Below, piece after piece: positions 1 to 10,928 of a stretch of 64,000 bases of DNA; position 1 is the stretch's first letter, and each line of letters begins with the position of its first letter. A program made the position numbers and the translations under genes. The DNA comes from Bdellovibrionales bacterium. Its GTDB lineage: Bacteria > Bdellovibrionota > Bdellovibrionia > Bdellovibrionales > JAUICD01. Below the pieces are notes generated by a model. It was given only the letters and a program-made list of their open reading frames with translations, made no database searches and was not told the DNA's origin. The stretch spans positions 288,001 through 352,000 of the forward strand of contig OZ241865.1 of the NCBI GenBank assembly GCA_965203275.1, in the 5' to 3' direction.

Positions 1-2
1 GA

Positions 3-557
3 GATGGCAAAGATCCTGTTTGTAGACATACACCTGATGGCGGAGAGGAATCGGAGGTAAGAATATCAGAAGAATCGCGAACCCGATACAATGAAGCAAG
101 AAGGAGGCAAAGGGCAATAGATAGAGAACTTAGATCACGGAGAAGCGATTTGGAGACACTAAAAAGAGATATAGAAGGATTACAAAATCTAACTGTAGGT
201 GACGTTTATCAAGATGGAGGGGTGACTAATGCAAGGGTAATTCAAGAAGCAACGATTGAAACTCTGGACTTACGACAAAAACTTTCTGAATTAGGTGACG
301 ATCTAGAGGACATAGATACAGTTTTAGACGAAGTTGAAAGAATTTATGACCGCACAGTATTAGGGGCCTACATGCAAGATAAAATAGGTCAGTTATTAAA
401 CTCTCAAGTTATTTGTACAGCTCGCAAAAGATGTGCCACAAGAGACCCTCAAAAAATAGACTCTGATGTTATTCAAAAAGAGCTTTTTCCAACAAGCACT
501 CAAACTAGAAGTGATTATTATGAAAAGGTCGAGAGAAACAGAAGAGGAGCAAGATGA
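3..557 (+). CDS. Hypothetical coiled-coil protein, 5'-truncated by window edge
   Basis: The frame of ORF 150..557 stays open back to position 3; charged helical composition; no recognised motif. Confidence 0.7.
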   Translation, partial: DGKDPVCRHTPDGGEESEVRISEESRTRYNEARRRQRAIDRELRSRRSDLETLKRDIEGLQNLTVGDVYQDGGVTNARVIQEATIETLDLRQKLSELGDDLEDIDTVLDEVERIYDRTVLGAYMQDKIGQLLNSQVICTARKRCATRDPQKIDSDVIQKELFPTSTQTRSDYYEKVERNRRGAR

Positions 558-713
558 ATATAATCCTTATGCTATTATAAATCTTGCATTTAATATTTGG
601 AAAGATAAATTTGAGTTGTTCTAATAGTTGAGAAGTGCAAGAAGATTTTGTATCTAAGAGTGCTTATGACAAGACTTTAGAAAATCTATTCAATGCAAAT
701 ATGATACTACAAA

Positions 714-1526
714 CTAAATAAGATTAAGCTTTGAGAGTGCAACCAAAGCACTCAATGCAATGATCAATAAAGAACCTAACTTGACAACTAACCTGAGTTC
801 TAACTCTTTAAATCCATGTTCTATTCTATGAATAGACTCTTTTATCTTTATATTGTCTTTTTCTAATGATTTAATGTCTTTCCTCATTTCTATAATATCT
901 TTTTTGATTTCTTGATTGCTATTTTCTAATACTTTGATGTCTTTTCTGATTTCTACAATGTCTTGTTTCGTTTCTGTGATATCTTTTTTCATTTCTACAA
1001 TGTCTTTTCTGATTTCTACAATGTCTTGTTTCGTTTCTGTGATATCTTTTTTCATTTCTACGATTTCTTTTCTGATTTCTACAATGTCTTGTTTCGTTTC
1101 TGTGATGTCTTTTTTCATTTCTACAATGTCTTTTTTGATTTCTACAATGTCTTGTTTCGTTTCTGTGATGTCTTTTTTCATTTCTACAATGTCTTTTTTA
1201 ATTTCTTGATTGCTACTTTCTAATACTTTAATGTCTTTTCTAATTTCTACGATGTCTCTTTTGATCTCTTGATTACTGTTTTCCAGTTCTTTGATGTCTC
1301 TTTTGATCTCTTGATTGCTGTTGTCTAATGCTTTGATCTCTCTTTTGATTTCTTGATTACTGTTGTCTAATAATCTGGCTTGATTTGTCATACTTAAAAT
1401 TTCTCTTTTAGTAGCCAAATCAGATTCGATGATGTCATTTAGAACACGCACTTGGGCCTTTGCCTGTTGATCAGGCACACCGGCAATTTTTAAATCTTCT
1501 ACATATTTTAGTGCATTAAATCCCAT
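714..1526 (-). CDS. DUF1640/CCDC90-like membrane-anchored coiled-coil protein with expanded heptad repeats
   Basis: N-terminal FNALKYVEDLKIAGVPDQQAKAQ head, long heptad stalk, C-terminal hydrophobic anchor (LVVKLGSLLIIALSALVAL); paralogue at 47803-48153. Confidence 0.75.
   Translation of the reverse strand: MGFNALKYVEDLKIAGVPDQQAKAQVRVLNDIIESDLATKREILSMTNQARLLDNSNQEIKREIKALDNSNQEIKRDIKELENSNQEIKRDIVEIRKDIKVLESSNQEIKKDIVEMKKDITETKQDIVEIKKDIVEMKKDITETKQDIVEIRKEIVEMKKDITETKQDIVEIRKDIVEMKKDITETKQDIVEIRKDIKVLENSNQEIKKDIIEMRKDIKSLEKDNIKIKESIHRIEHGFKELELRLVVKLGSLLIIALSALVALSKLNLI
880..1370. repeat. Intragenic 21-bp/63-bp tandem repeat encoding heptads (KDITETKQDIVEIRKDIVEMK)
   Basis: tctacaatgtcttgtttcgtttctgtgat recurs at about 63-bp spacing, flanked by degenerate SNQEIKRDIK units. 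Confidence 0.9.
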
Positions 1527-1764
1527 ACTTCATGTTACCACAGGATAGATATTTAGGCAAGGACTTTTTATTATTGTGTGATCATAACGCATTAGGCTTT
1601 GATTTGTAAAATAAACTTGAGAAAGAAAGGCAATCTGTCGCCTTTTTACCATGAAATATCAATAACTCCCACAGAAAAATAGACTTTTTAAAACTTCATC
1701 TTCATATCACCTCATAATAAAATGTGAATGGGGTCATAATAAATAATAGCTAGAAATATCTTTT

Positions 1765-3897
1765 TTAAGAAGATGGTGTTAAACGGCCTTGCTTAATTAA
1801 AAGCTCTCGTTCTTGTTTTTGTGGCAACCTTTCAAAATGACTTAGCTCCATAGAGAAATTAGCCCTACCCTGACTCATAGATCGTAACTGTGTAGCATAA
1901 CCAAAAAGCTCTGCAATAGGTACCTCTGCTTCAATTACCTGCAAATGCCCTTTGGTTGAAACTTGAGAGATCACCCCTCTTTTTGCATTTAGATGACCAA
2001 TCACTGCTTTTAAAAATTCGTAAGGTGTAGTTACTTCTAACTGAGCTACCGGCTCTAAAAGATAACATGAACCATTATTCAAAGCATCTTTCACAGCCAT
2101 AACCCCTGCCACCTTAAAGGCAGATAAGGGTGACTCTTGTTCACGTTCACGGAAAGTAGCATCTGTTAAGCATACCTTTGTATCAATCACTGGATAACCT
2201 GATATAATGCCATTGTCTAGTGCTTCCTTAATCCCCTCTAAAGTAGGAGCTATAAATTCTTTTGGAATAACATTTAAAGCAAGTGTATTTTCTATTATAA
2301 GTCCTTTGTTTTTTTCAAGAGGCATAGCTTCTACTTTCACATAAGCAAATTGAGCTTTCTGATCGCCTTCCTTACCTTCCAATCTACGTTCAAATTTCCC
2401 TTCACCATAAGAGACTTGAGATATTTTTTCTCGATAAGAGACCTGTGGACGGCCTGCATTGACTTGGACATGAAAGTCTGTTTTAAGTCTCTCTCTGATC
2501 ACTTCTAAATGAAGTTCTCCCATACCAGAGATCAAAGTTTGTCCTGTTTCTGTATCTTCTTTTACAACAAAAGAGGGATCCTCTTGTTTTAGTTTTTCTA
2601 AAGAAACTACAAGTTTTTTTTGATCTTCTGTTGTCTTAGGTTCAATAGCCATAGAAATCACCGGCTCTGGCAAACCAATAGATTCTAAAACAATATGTTT
2701 CCCTATACCACACAAGGTATGACCAGTCCTTGTCCACTTTAATCCAATAGCTGCTCCAATATCTCCAGCCTTTAACTCTTGGGTTTCTTCCCGGTTATCT
2801 GCATGCATCCTCACTAAACGGCCTATTTTTTCTTTTTTAGAAAGTAATGTATTTTCAACAGTCATACCTGTTTTTAAAACACCAGAATAAATACGTAAAT
2901 AAGTGAGCATGCCTGCAAAAGTATCCGTTTGTAATTTAAAAGCCAAAGCCACTAAAGAATGATCAAATCGAGTAGGACATGGGATCACTTCTTTTGCTTT
3001 ATTCCATCCATTAATAGTAGGTTTATCTAAAGGGCTAGGTAGATAGTCTAAAACCGCATCTAGTAAAGGTTGAATGCCCTTGTTTTTAAAAGCAGAGCCA
3101 CACAAAACAGGGAAGACTTTTTGTCTAAGAACTCCACTGCGAATAACTTTTTTAATGTGATGTGTTTCTAAAGGTATTTCTTTAAGATACATATCCATCA
3201 CTTCATCATCAAATTCCACAACTTGTTCTAATAGATGCTCTCTATACTTTTTAGCTAGTTCTTGATATTCTTGAGGTATCTCTTGATATTCAAAAACGGC
3301 ATCTCTATCATTGCTTTTCCAAACAATAGCTTTCATTAAAACAAAATCAATCACGCCAGAGAAGTTTTCTTCTTGACCCATTGGCCATTGCAAAATCACA
3401 GGAGTGATTTTAATTTTTTCAACAAGAGAATCCAATGCTGCTTGATAATCTACACCCACACGATCCATTTTGTTGATAAAACATATACGAGGGATATTGT
3501 ATTTGTCTGCTTGATACCAAACAGTTTCTGATTGAGGTTCTACTCCACTGACACCATCAAAAACAACAATAGCTCCATCTAAAACACGCAAAGATCGCTC
3601 TACTTCAATAGTAAAATCAACATGTCCTGGTGTATCAATAATAGAAATTCTGTGATCTTTCCAAAAACAAGTGGTCGCCGCTGCTGTAATGGTAATACCT
3701 CTTTCTTGTTCTTGTTTCATCCAATCCATAGTGGTATTACCCTGATGGACTTCACCTATTTTATGACTTTTGCCCGTGTAATACAAGATACGTTCTGTAG
3801 TGGTGGTCTTACCTGCATCAATATGGGCCATAATGCCAATATTACGAGTCCATTTCAGTTCATCAATAGTCTGAGGATATTTATACGACACAATCAC
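1765..3897 (-). CDS. fusA: Elongation factor G (paralogue outside the str operon)
   Basis: [26 protein letters not shown] and GMGELHL motifs; 710 aa. Confidence 0.95.
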   Translation of the reverse strand: MIVSYKYPQTIDELKWTRNIGIMAHIDAGKTTTTERILYYTGKSHKIGEVHQGNTTMDWMKQEQERGITITAAATTCFWKDHRISIIDTPGHVDFTIEVERSLRVLDGAIVVFDGVSGVEPQSETVWYQADKYNIPRICFINKMDRVGVDYQAALDSLVEKIKITPVILQWPMGQEENFSGVIDFVLMKAIVWKSNDRDAVFEYQEIPQEYQELAKKYREHLLEQVVEFDDEVMDMYLKEIPLETHHIKKVIRSGVLRQKVFPVLCGSAFKNKGIQPLLDAVLDYLPSPLDKPTINGWNKAKEVIPCPTRFDHSLVALAFKLQTDTFAGMLTYLRIYSGVLKTGMTVENTLLSKKEKIGRLVRMHADNREETQELKAGDIGAAIGLKWTRTGHTLCGIGKHIVLESIGLPEPVISMAIEPKTTEDQKKLVVSLEKLKQEDPSFVVKEDTETGQTLISGMGELHLEVIRERLKTDFHVQVNAGRPQVSYREKISQVSYGEGKFERRLEGKEGDQKAQFAYVKVEAMPLEKNKGLIIENTLALNVIPKEFIAPTLEGIKEALDNGIISGYPVIDTKVCLTDATFREREQESPLSAFKVAGVMAVKDALNNGSCYLLEPVAQLEVTTPYEFLKAVIGHLNAKRGVISQVSTKGHLQVIEAEVPIAELFGYATQLRSMSQGRANFSMELSHFERLPQKQERELLIKQGRLTPSS

Positions 3898-3900
3898 ACC

Positions 3901-6822
3901 TCATGGATTCATAACGAACATTTGGTACAAAGTTTGGTACAAAGGAGTGATCTGACGAATATAAATCAGAATTAAAGAAGACCGAAGATCATCTAATGAC
4001 TGTTTAATATCTGCTTCATTTTCAACAATAACTTCTAATTTATAAAGCAACCTTAAAAAATCTGTGATCTCTCTTAGATTAGCTCTTTCATCCTCACCTT
4101 GCCTTGCCACATAATAAAGATTTTCTCTATCAAAAAACTTTTCTTGAAGACAATTAAAAGCATTTAAAATACTTGTTTTCAGGAGATAACCTTGAGGTCC
4201 ATTTTCTTCTGTGATCTCCATAGCCTCCTTGTAAAATTGTACCAAAGCCATGAGTGTTTGTACTTGGGTATCAAAAGACATAGTATGACCAGATCTCTTT
4301 GTTTGCACATCATAATTGTCCACAAAGCATCCTTCTTCTTTTTGTAGCTTTGTTGTAATAAAGAATTTCAAACCTAAATTGAGCTTTCTTAATTGAATAA
4401 TACCGTCACTGACTTTTTTGTAATTGTTTCTATCAATTTGAGAAATATTATCTATATTCTCTGTGTCTAGGTCTTTTACAGCGTGTATAAACTCTTCATT
4501 GGCCATCATTAACCTAGCCATATTGATTGTGTCAATATGATTTAAAATAGAATGGACCCCTTCCCTCACATCATGAATCGAAGCCATTAGAGCTTTAGGA
4601 TTTTCAGAGCCGTCTTCTGCTATAGCTTCCCAGTCCCATTGCCGTACATCCGTTGCTTGACCTGAAAGATCGTAAATATTTAATCCTTGCCTTTGTAAAT
4701 TAATCAAATTTACACCTGCAATACCCAAGTGTAAATTAAAAACAGATAGCTTAGGAAAGACCACTTCTTTTACCTGTTCTGTCACTGTGATCTGTCCCAT
4801 ACCTTCATTGTAATCATTTTGTCTATCAGGTCTAAGATATACTAACATTTTTGAAGCTCCTCGAATCATCTCTGCTTGAGCTATAGCTGTTGCAAGCATA
4901 GGTTCTTGCATTTTCTCTAAATCTACTGTAAAAGGCTTATCATGTTTTAAAGCCAATTGATCAGGGATAGCAAAGTATCCAGGTTGTATACCTTCCTCAT
5001 CCTCTTGGCCATAATAATTATAAATTTTGACATTGGTATCGCGATCCTGAGTGGAAGCTCTATTAATAGGCCTGAAAAAACTTGTAGGTAGCACTTCTCT
5101 GTATCTGTCTTCTCCTTCAGGTTTATCTAATATATAATGACCTACCATGCTTAAAGATTTGTTAAAAAGAGAAAATAAAAGTGGATAATGATTATAGTTA
5201 TCATAAAACTTTTTTTCATAATGACTAAGTCCTTTTAGTCTTTCTGCTAAAACTGACATAGCTGTTCCTAATGTAAGACCATTTGTAGTAAATGATAATT
5301 TACTGTTTGTAGGAACAAATGCAATTTGATCGCCTTTTTTTGTCATTTGTATATTTGAAAACTCTATACCCGGCAACATAGACTCTTCTTGGTATTCTTC
5401 ATTAAGTATGCGGTCAGCCACTATAGATCTTGCTTCTAAATGGATGACATCATAAATATTTTCTGGTGCAATCTGTTGTTGAAGACCAGAGATAATAGTA
5501 TCTTTTACAATCTTTGCAATTCCTAATAGATTCTCGTTGAGCCTATTGGCAAATTCTCTTAAAATTATAAGCTTTCTGACAGGTTGAGATAATAGGAGAT
5601 TTAAAATTGGTTGATCTTTTGGTAGATTTCTAAAAAGCTCAACAGCTTGATTCATCTCGTTGAGAATAGGAGGTGATATAGGTAAATCACTAAAAAGATT
5701 CTGTAAAGAAGTATTAAGATTTTCTAAAAAGCTCAAAGAGTCGGCTTCTTGTGTAGCTATATTTATATTTTGTTGTAGAATTTCAATCTCTGAAATAATG
5801 GCATTGATATTTTCAATCACAACATTATCTGAGGTTAAATAATTATCTGTAAGCATAGAGGATTGAGTTGATATTAAAAATGACTTGAAATCTTCAATGC
5901 GATTTTGAATTTGAACAAGAGCATCTTTTTGAGATTGTTGAGAATCTTTTGTCAAATAATCCATCGAAAAAGATAGAATATTTGATCTAACAATTTCATT
6001 ATTTGCTGTTAAAAGAGATGTAAAAGGAAGTGATACTTGAGGTGGTTCTTCTAATAAAAGGAGGAGATCACTATAATGCCTATCAACTTCTTCACAGCTT
6101 GTTTGATCTGCTTGTTGACATAGCATCAAGTCTTGACAGTTAATGTTAAAATTAAGGTTATTATAAAATGAATAAAGTTGTTGTTTGTTGAAGTGGCATT
6201 CTATGTAGGTGATCATAGGTTTAATTAATTCTGTTTGAAATTGATAAGCGACTCCTCCTTCTATTGGCAATTTGTGGTTATGGCCATCGTCTTGATATGT
6301 TGTGTATTCGTTAGGACTTTTTGTTTCGAGATATTGTGGTGGACCTTCTAGTAATATTGTTTCTCTACCATTGTGTTGAAGACATTCACTGTACTCCCTC
6401 ATATCTTTACTACATTCACTGATGTCTTTTATTCCAAAGGCAATTTTAACCCAGTTTGTACGATCCATATTGTAAGAGGTATAATTATCGGGATGGGCAT
6501 AAAAGGATGAAATAGTTTTATGTCCTAAATCTGATAAAATCTGTCTATCTGATAATCGTCCAAGTTCCATAAGCCCTTCAGCAAACAGAAAAATATCTGA
6601 TGTTTGATGAAGTAAAACTTCTGCATTTGTGTTAGGCCATTGGAAAAGTTTAATATCTTGTGAAAGAGGAAATGTTTTGATTTTGATATTTTCCTGTTTG
6701 ATGGATTCAACAGGCGGGATAGATTTCTCCACGGGCTGTCTTTGACAAGAAAGATTCCATGCACATAAAGTAAGTATTAAAATGTTATAATTTATTTTTA
6801 TTAATTTATTCATAATCATCAC
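3901..6822 (-). CDS. Large hypothetical lipoprotein
   Basis: 973-aa ORF with a signal/lipobox-like LCAWNLSC; no recognisable domain. Confidence 0.7.
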   Translation of the reverse strand: MMIMNKLIKINYNILILTLCAWNLSCQRQPVEKSIPPVESIKQENIKIKTFPLSQDIKLFQWPNTNAEVLLHQTSDIFLFAEGLMELGRLSDRQILSDLGHKTISSFYAHPDNYTSYNMDRTNWVKIAFGIKDISECSKDMREYSECLQHNGRETILLEGPPQYLETKSPNEYTTYQDDGHNHKLPIEGGVAYQFQTELIKPMITYIECHFNKQQLYSFYNNLNFNINCQDLMLCQQADQTSCEEVDRHYSDLLLLLEEPPQVSLPFTSLLTANNEIVRSNILSFSMDYLTKDSQQSQKDALVQIQNRIEDFKSFLISTQSSMLTDNYLTSDNVVIENINAIISEIEILQQNINIATQEADSLSFLENLNTSLQNLFSDLPISPPILNEMNQAVELFRNLPKDQPILNLLLSQPVRKLIILREFANRLNENLLGIAKIVKDTIISGLQQQIAPENIYDVIHLEARSIVADRILNEEYQEESMLPGIEFSNIQMTKKGDQIAFVPTNSKLSFTTNGLTLGTAMSVLAERLKGLSHYEKKFYDNYNHYPLLFSLFNKSLSMVGHYILDKPEGEDRYREVLPTSFFRPINRASTQDRDTNVKIYNYYGQEDEEGIQPGYFAIPDQLALKHDKPFTVDLEKMQEPMLATAIAQAEMIRGASKMLVYLRPDRQNDYNEGMGQITVTEQVKEVVFPKLSVFNLHLGIAGVNLINLQRQGLNIYDLSGQATDVRQWDWEAIAEDGSENPKALMASIHDVREGVHSILNHIDTINMARLMMANEEFIHAVKDLDTENIDNISQIDRNNYKKVSDGIIQLRKLNLGLKFFITTKLQKEEGCFVDNYDVQTKRSGHTMSFDTQVQTLMALVQFYKEAMEITEENGPQGYLLKTSILNAFNCLQEKFFDRENLYYVARQGEDERANLREITDFLRLLYKLEVIVENEADIKQSLDDLRSSLILIYIRQITPLYQTLYQMFVMNP

Positions 6823-6881
6823 CTATAGTATCATACTTCATCACCGTATTTCAGTTATAATAGCCTGATTTGGCTTAAGGT

Positions 6882-8363
6882 TTAGAGGAATAAAAGCAGA
6901 CTTAACTCATGCCTGACTTCCCTACGTACATTACGTCCATAAAAAATATCTGAGTGGTTATAACTTAAGACAAAAGGCAGTGGAAAGTTCCCTTTTTGAA
7001 ACCAAGAAATAGATGACAGATGAACACCTAGTCTTCCGTTAAGCCAGTGGGCTTTTGAGTTGGTTTCTCTTTCTAACAAAGAGTAGTTATAATCCAAACG
7101 ATCGCCATTATAACGATCAGAATTTTTAAAAGAAAGAGACAAGGCCATATCAAAGCTTAAAAATGAATTGATACGAAAGTTACTAAAAGCTTCAAGTGAA
7201 AGGATATCGCCTATATTTCTAAAAAGAAATTCTTTTCTGTCTTCATCTGGTAAAATATCATCTTCGTGTGTAGGAACTCTTTGAATGGCCATATCTGGTA
7301 ACTTCCAGTTATAACTCAAAGCACCACCTAAAGTGAGACGACGAGAAGCTTGAAACTGATGGAGTGATTTAAAAAGGACACCTGTTTGAGCGAAATTGGG
7401 CAAATCCACTAAGTTATCAGGATCATCCTTAGGTCCTGTAGGTAAATTAACAGTTGTCATAAAATAAAAATTCCAAGGACTGCGGTTGAAATAATTATAA
7501 ATACTAAAAATTTGTAGGTCGCCTAACCCTTTGAAATAAATTTGATCAAAGCCTTTAAAGTTTTTGCTTTCAAGATGCTCATTGAATCTATCGATCAGGT
7601 CTGCTTGCGTTTGAGGAAGTTGATCAAGTCCATCAATAAGTTCTTGATAACTGTCAACATCAGAAGATATGATTCTTTGTTTAATATCTGAAACTGTACT
7701 CTCCCCTTCAACATTCATTGTGACACTTCCATACATCTTGACAATAGGGAGGGCTGCTCCAATAGTCCAGCGATCTGTCAATCCATAAGCAAGAGCAAAT
7801 CCCATATATGAAATTTCAGGTCCTCCTCCAAATTTAAGAGAACCTAAATTAATGTTGTCTGCTTCTCCAGGGTAAAGTTCATTAAGAGTTTCATAAAGTT
7901 CATCAAAATCTTCACTTAATTGCATTTCTCTTAAAAATTCTGCATTAAAAGTCATATCATAGCGACTCATAGATGTAAGTTTAGAAGAGTAATCAAAAAG
8001 ATGGGCTACTTCAGAAATGGTTCCAAAGATAAATCTTGGATGCCATACACCTTTTGGTAAAATTTGTTGATTTTGTGAGAGGGGTTCTTCTGCTATAAAA
8101 CTTTCAATAGGTAGATTTGTAAGAGGGTTGTTCTTTCTATCGACATTAGGATTAAGTGCCTTCTCTGGCGTGCTAATAGAAGATTCTGTTTTGGCCATAG
8201 CAAAAGATGGGACTTTTGTAGATGGAGGAGACACATTCGCATTGACATCTTGAGACGATGTCTCTTGAGATGATGTCTCTTGAGATAATATCTCTGTAGT
8301 AGCCTTCAAAGGAATGGCTATGAAAAAAAAAACAAAATAGATTATTATAATTACTGTCTTCAT
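6882..8363 (-). CDS. Hypothetical exported, probably outer-membrane beta-barrel protein
   Basis: Signal peptide; amphipathic strand-like C-terminal half (GLGDLQIFSIY, LPTG); SQETS repeats after the signal. Confidence 0.6.
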   Translation of the reverse strand: MKTVIIIIYFVFFFIAIPLKATTEILSQETSSQETSSQDVNANVSPPSTKVPSFAMAKTESSISTPEKALNPNVDRKNNPLTNLPIESFIAEEPLSQNQQILPKGVWHPRFIFGTISEVAHLFDYSSKLTSMSRYDMTFNAEFLREMQLSEDFDELYETLNELYPGEADNINLGSLKFGGGPEISYMGFALAYGLTDRWTIGAALPIVKMYGSVTMNVEGESTVSDIKQRIISSDVDSYQELIDGLDQLPQTQADLIDRFNEHLESKNFKGFDQIYFKGLGDLQIFSIYNYFNRSPWNFYFMTTVNLPTGPKDDPDNLVDLPNFAQTGVLFKSLHQFQASRRLTLGGALSYNWKLPDMAIQRVPTHEDDILPDEDRKEFLFRNIGDILSLEAFSNFRINSFLSFDMALSLSFKNSDRYNGDRLDYNYSLLERETNSKAHWLNGRLGVHLSSISWFQKGNFPLPFVLSYNHSDIFYGRNVRREVRHELSLLLFL

Positions 8364-8531
8364 AAATAAGCCTTCAATTAACTTTACTTTTTAAAAATGT
8401 ATCTTTTTGATAAAAATATAACATCTATGGAGTATACAAAATTTTTGCAAAAAAGTCAAATATGTTGATTTTAAAGCTCCTATTAGACGGCATAGTAGCT
8501 ATTAGATGGCACAGCCAATCGATAAAACAGC

Positions 8532-9434
8532 TTAAGGCGTTACTTCTTCATTGATTATATCAAGTAAAAGACTAGGTCTGTCTGTCACAATGCCGTCAAC
8601 ACCAAATTCTATAAGTTTTTTCATGTTTTTTTTATCATTGACAGTCCATATAAAGACAGGTTTACCTCTGCGGTGCATTTCTTTCAAAAGTCTTTTTGAG
8701 AGAACTGGAATGCCTGTACTCACTTCAGGAATATAATAGGAATCTGCTCTGATCGGATCGATAGGTTCTAAAAACATATTCAATAAAATCAAAGATTGGT
8801 ACATTTCTGTACTTGTGGCTGCAAAAATCCAATCAGGATGTTGAGATCTGATATATTCAACCACCCGGTGAGAATAACTTGCTATAGTGATGTATTCTGA
8901 AGCATTAAATTTTATAATTATATCTATAAAAGCTTTAACAGCTTGAGTTGTAAAAGCTTTTAGTTCAATGGTCATTCTTCTTTGAGGATATCTCTCAAGT
9001 ATTTCTTCAAGGGTAGGGATTTGAAGTCCTTGCCTTCTATAAGCATATTGGCCTTGTGCATCCTGATAATGATAACCTGCATCAAGTTTTTGAAGTTCTG
9101 CTAAACTCAGATCACTGACTTTGCCTTTTCCGTCAGTAGTCCTGTCTACTGTTTCATCGTGGATCACAACAAGATGTCCATCCTTAGAAAGATGGACATC
9201 CATTTCAAGAATAATATCGTTAAAGAGCTGAGCTGCATGATCAAATGCAGGGATAGTATTTTCTGGTGCTTCAAGACCTCCTCCTCTGTGTGCGATGATT
9301 TCAAAAGGACCTCTTTGAAACTGATGACTAGGCCAAGTATGTTCTGTTTTCAGTCCCATGTATCTAGCCATCATAATTATTATGATAAAGGCTGTAATAA
9401 CAACACTCATCAGGATAAAGAATGATTTTAACAT
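8532..9434 (-). CDS. Glycerophosphodiester phosphodiesterase (GDPD family)
   Basis: IIAHRGG, PENT, EMDV, HDETVDRTT, WTVN and GVDGIVTD motifs; N-terminal TM helix. Confidence 0.93.
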   Translation of the reverse strand: MLKSFFILMSVVITAFIIIIMMARYMGLKTEHTWPSHQFQRGPFEIIAHRGGGLEAPENTIPAFDHAAQLFNDIILEMDVHLSKDGHLVVIHDETVDRTTDGKGKVSDLSLAELQKLDAGYHYQDAQGQYAYRRQGLQIPTLEEILERYPQRRMTIELKAFTTQAVKAFIDIIIKFNASEYITIASYSHRVVEYIRSQHPDWIFAATSTEMYQSLILLNMFLEPIDPIRADSYYIPEVSTGIPVLSKRLLKEMHRRGKPVFIWTVNDKKNMKKLIEFGVDGIVTDRPSLLLDIINEEVTP

Positions 9435-9686
9435 AATTTATTTCCCTTAATTTCATTAAAAATTTAAGTCATAAACATCTTAAAATACATTAAGTCTTTG
9501 GCTTTTTTCTGATGTTGACTGCAAAAGCTTACGCCTTTGATATTACCCATATAAATTTTATATTTGCAAGAATAAGATATTAAAGTTAAACAAAAAAGGA
9601 GTCTTAAAAAAATGATTAGAACAGTAAACATCTGATCTTAGACCAATGATTTTAAAATTTAAGAAAGAAGCCGACACCTTGAAAAT

Positions 9687-10706
9687 TTATTGAATGATTT
9701 GAAAATTATAATCACCTGCATACCTTGTTAAAGCACCTCTAATAAAAAATGTAATATTTCTAGGATAACTTCTCGTATTATCAATAGATCTAAAATTAAC
9801 CACAACAGGTCTTATATAACCTAAACCCAATGTGATCTTTCTTCTTCTATTTCTATCTTCTCTGCTTCTTCTTCTGTTTCTATCTCTATCGTTATCATTC
9901 GTGACGGCAGCTTCTACTAAATCACCTGTTTGAATAGGTCGACCGCCTGGTTGCGTTCCGCTTAATTCAAGTAAAGCATTTTTACCGTTTATTTGAATAA
10001 TTTGTCCTGAAGCTATTGACCTAGCTTCGGGGTGTCTAGTTGTATTACAAGAATAATTACCATAACCGCTTGCATAACCTCCACCAGGGAAAATATAAAA
10101 AGTATCTCCATCTGCTAAACCGTCATCTGAACCTAAAGGAATAATAGCTCTATTACCTCGTACCTGATGTATAGTTGTTTTAAGTGGTGCATACCAGTCC
10201 CTCATAGAATCTCGTAGTTGTTTAAAAGCATTTTTAACTGTTTCTTCTACAAGATCACCAATAGAACCTGGTTCATATTGTCTAAATCTAAAATTAGCAG
10301 GTATATTCACTTTGTCAACAGTTCCGCCTATGTTTCCCATCCAATTTGTCACTTGTCCGTTACCTACAGCTGTTTGTATAGGTGGAGAAAAATAACCTCC
10401 CTCTCTTCTGAGATTAAATGTGAGTTCTAACCGAGCCGATCTTCCTCTTAAACTACCTCCAATACGACCTATTCCAATCCTTTCTAATGCATCACCTGCT
10501 ACACTTATATCTAAACCTTGTCCACCTGTCTGAGTTTGGGAAAAAGCACCAGGAAGAGCTATAACATCCACATAGAAGTCAGCACAGCCACCACCCCCTC
10601 CATAACCATATCCAAATTGATTGTTTTTACCTCCACAACCATTTAAGCTTACAAGAGATAATACTAAAACTATTAAACTTAATAATTTATTTTGTGTTGT
10701 TTTCAT
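9687..10706 (-). CDS. Lipoprotein with possible FlgT C-terminal-like domain
   Basis: Start reassigned to MKTTQ (AAGGAG RBS upstream); lipobox LNGC; segment QVRGNRAIIPLGSDDGLADGDTF. Confidence 0.6.
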   Translation of the reverse strand: MKTTQNKLLSLIVLVLSLVSLNGCGGKNNQFGYGYGGGGGCADFYVDVIALPGAFSQTQTGGQGLDISVAGDALERIGIGRIGGSLRGRSARLELTFNLRREGGYFSPPIQTAVGNGQVTNWMGNIGGTVDKVNIPANFRFRQYEPGSIGDLVEETVKNAFKQLRDSMRDWYAPLKTTIHQVRGNRAIIPLGSDDGLADGDTFYIFPGGGYASGYGNYSCNTTRHPEARSIASGQIIQINGKNALLELSGTQPGGRPIQTGDLVEAAVTNDNDRDRNRRRSREDRNRRRKITLGLGYIRPVVVNFRSIDNTRSYPRNITFFIRGALTRYAGDYNFQIIQ

Positions 10707-10928
10707 TTTAAGCTCCTTGTTGTTGCTCTCCTCAATGAAGTGCTTATTCAAGAATTATTCAATTGTTTTAAAAATCTATGTCTTAAAGTATTTTCGGAAT
10801 AGTTACCTAGAGCTTAAAGATGAAATGATTAAATTTTATGAAAATATACAAATAATAAACTAAAGTAAGGAATGACTTTAGCATAAAAGTCTAAGAAACA
10901 CTGAACTTTTGATGAGTTTATTGATAAA

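Noticed and set aside
916..1223. ORFs 916..1209 and 963..1223 (+)
   Set aside because: Antisense shadows of the heptad-repeat region of 714-1526.
8323..8332. A10 tract in the signal-peptide region of 6882-8363 as a phase-variation switch
   Set aside because: Runs of 8-10 A or T are common in this AT-rich sequence and the frame is intact; there is no evidence without reads.
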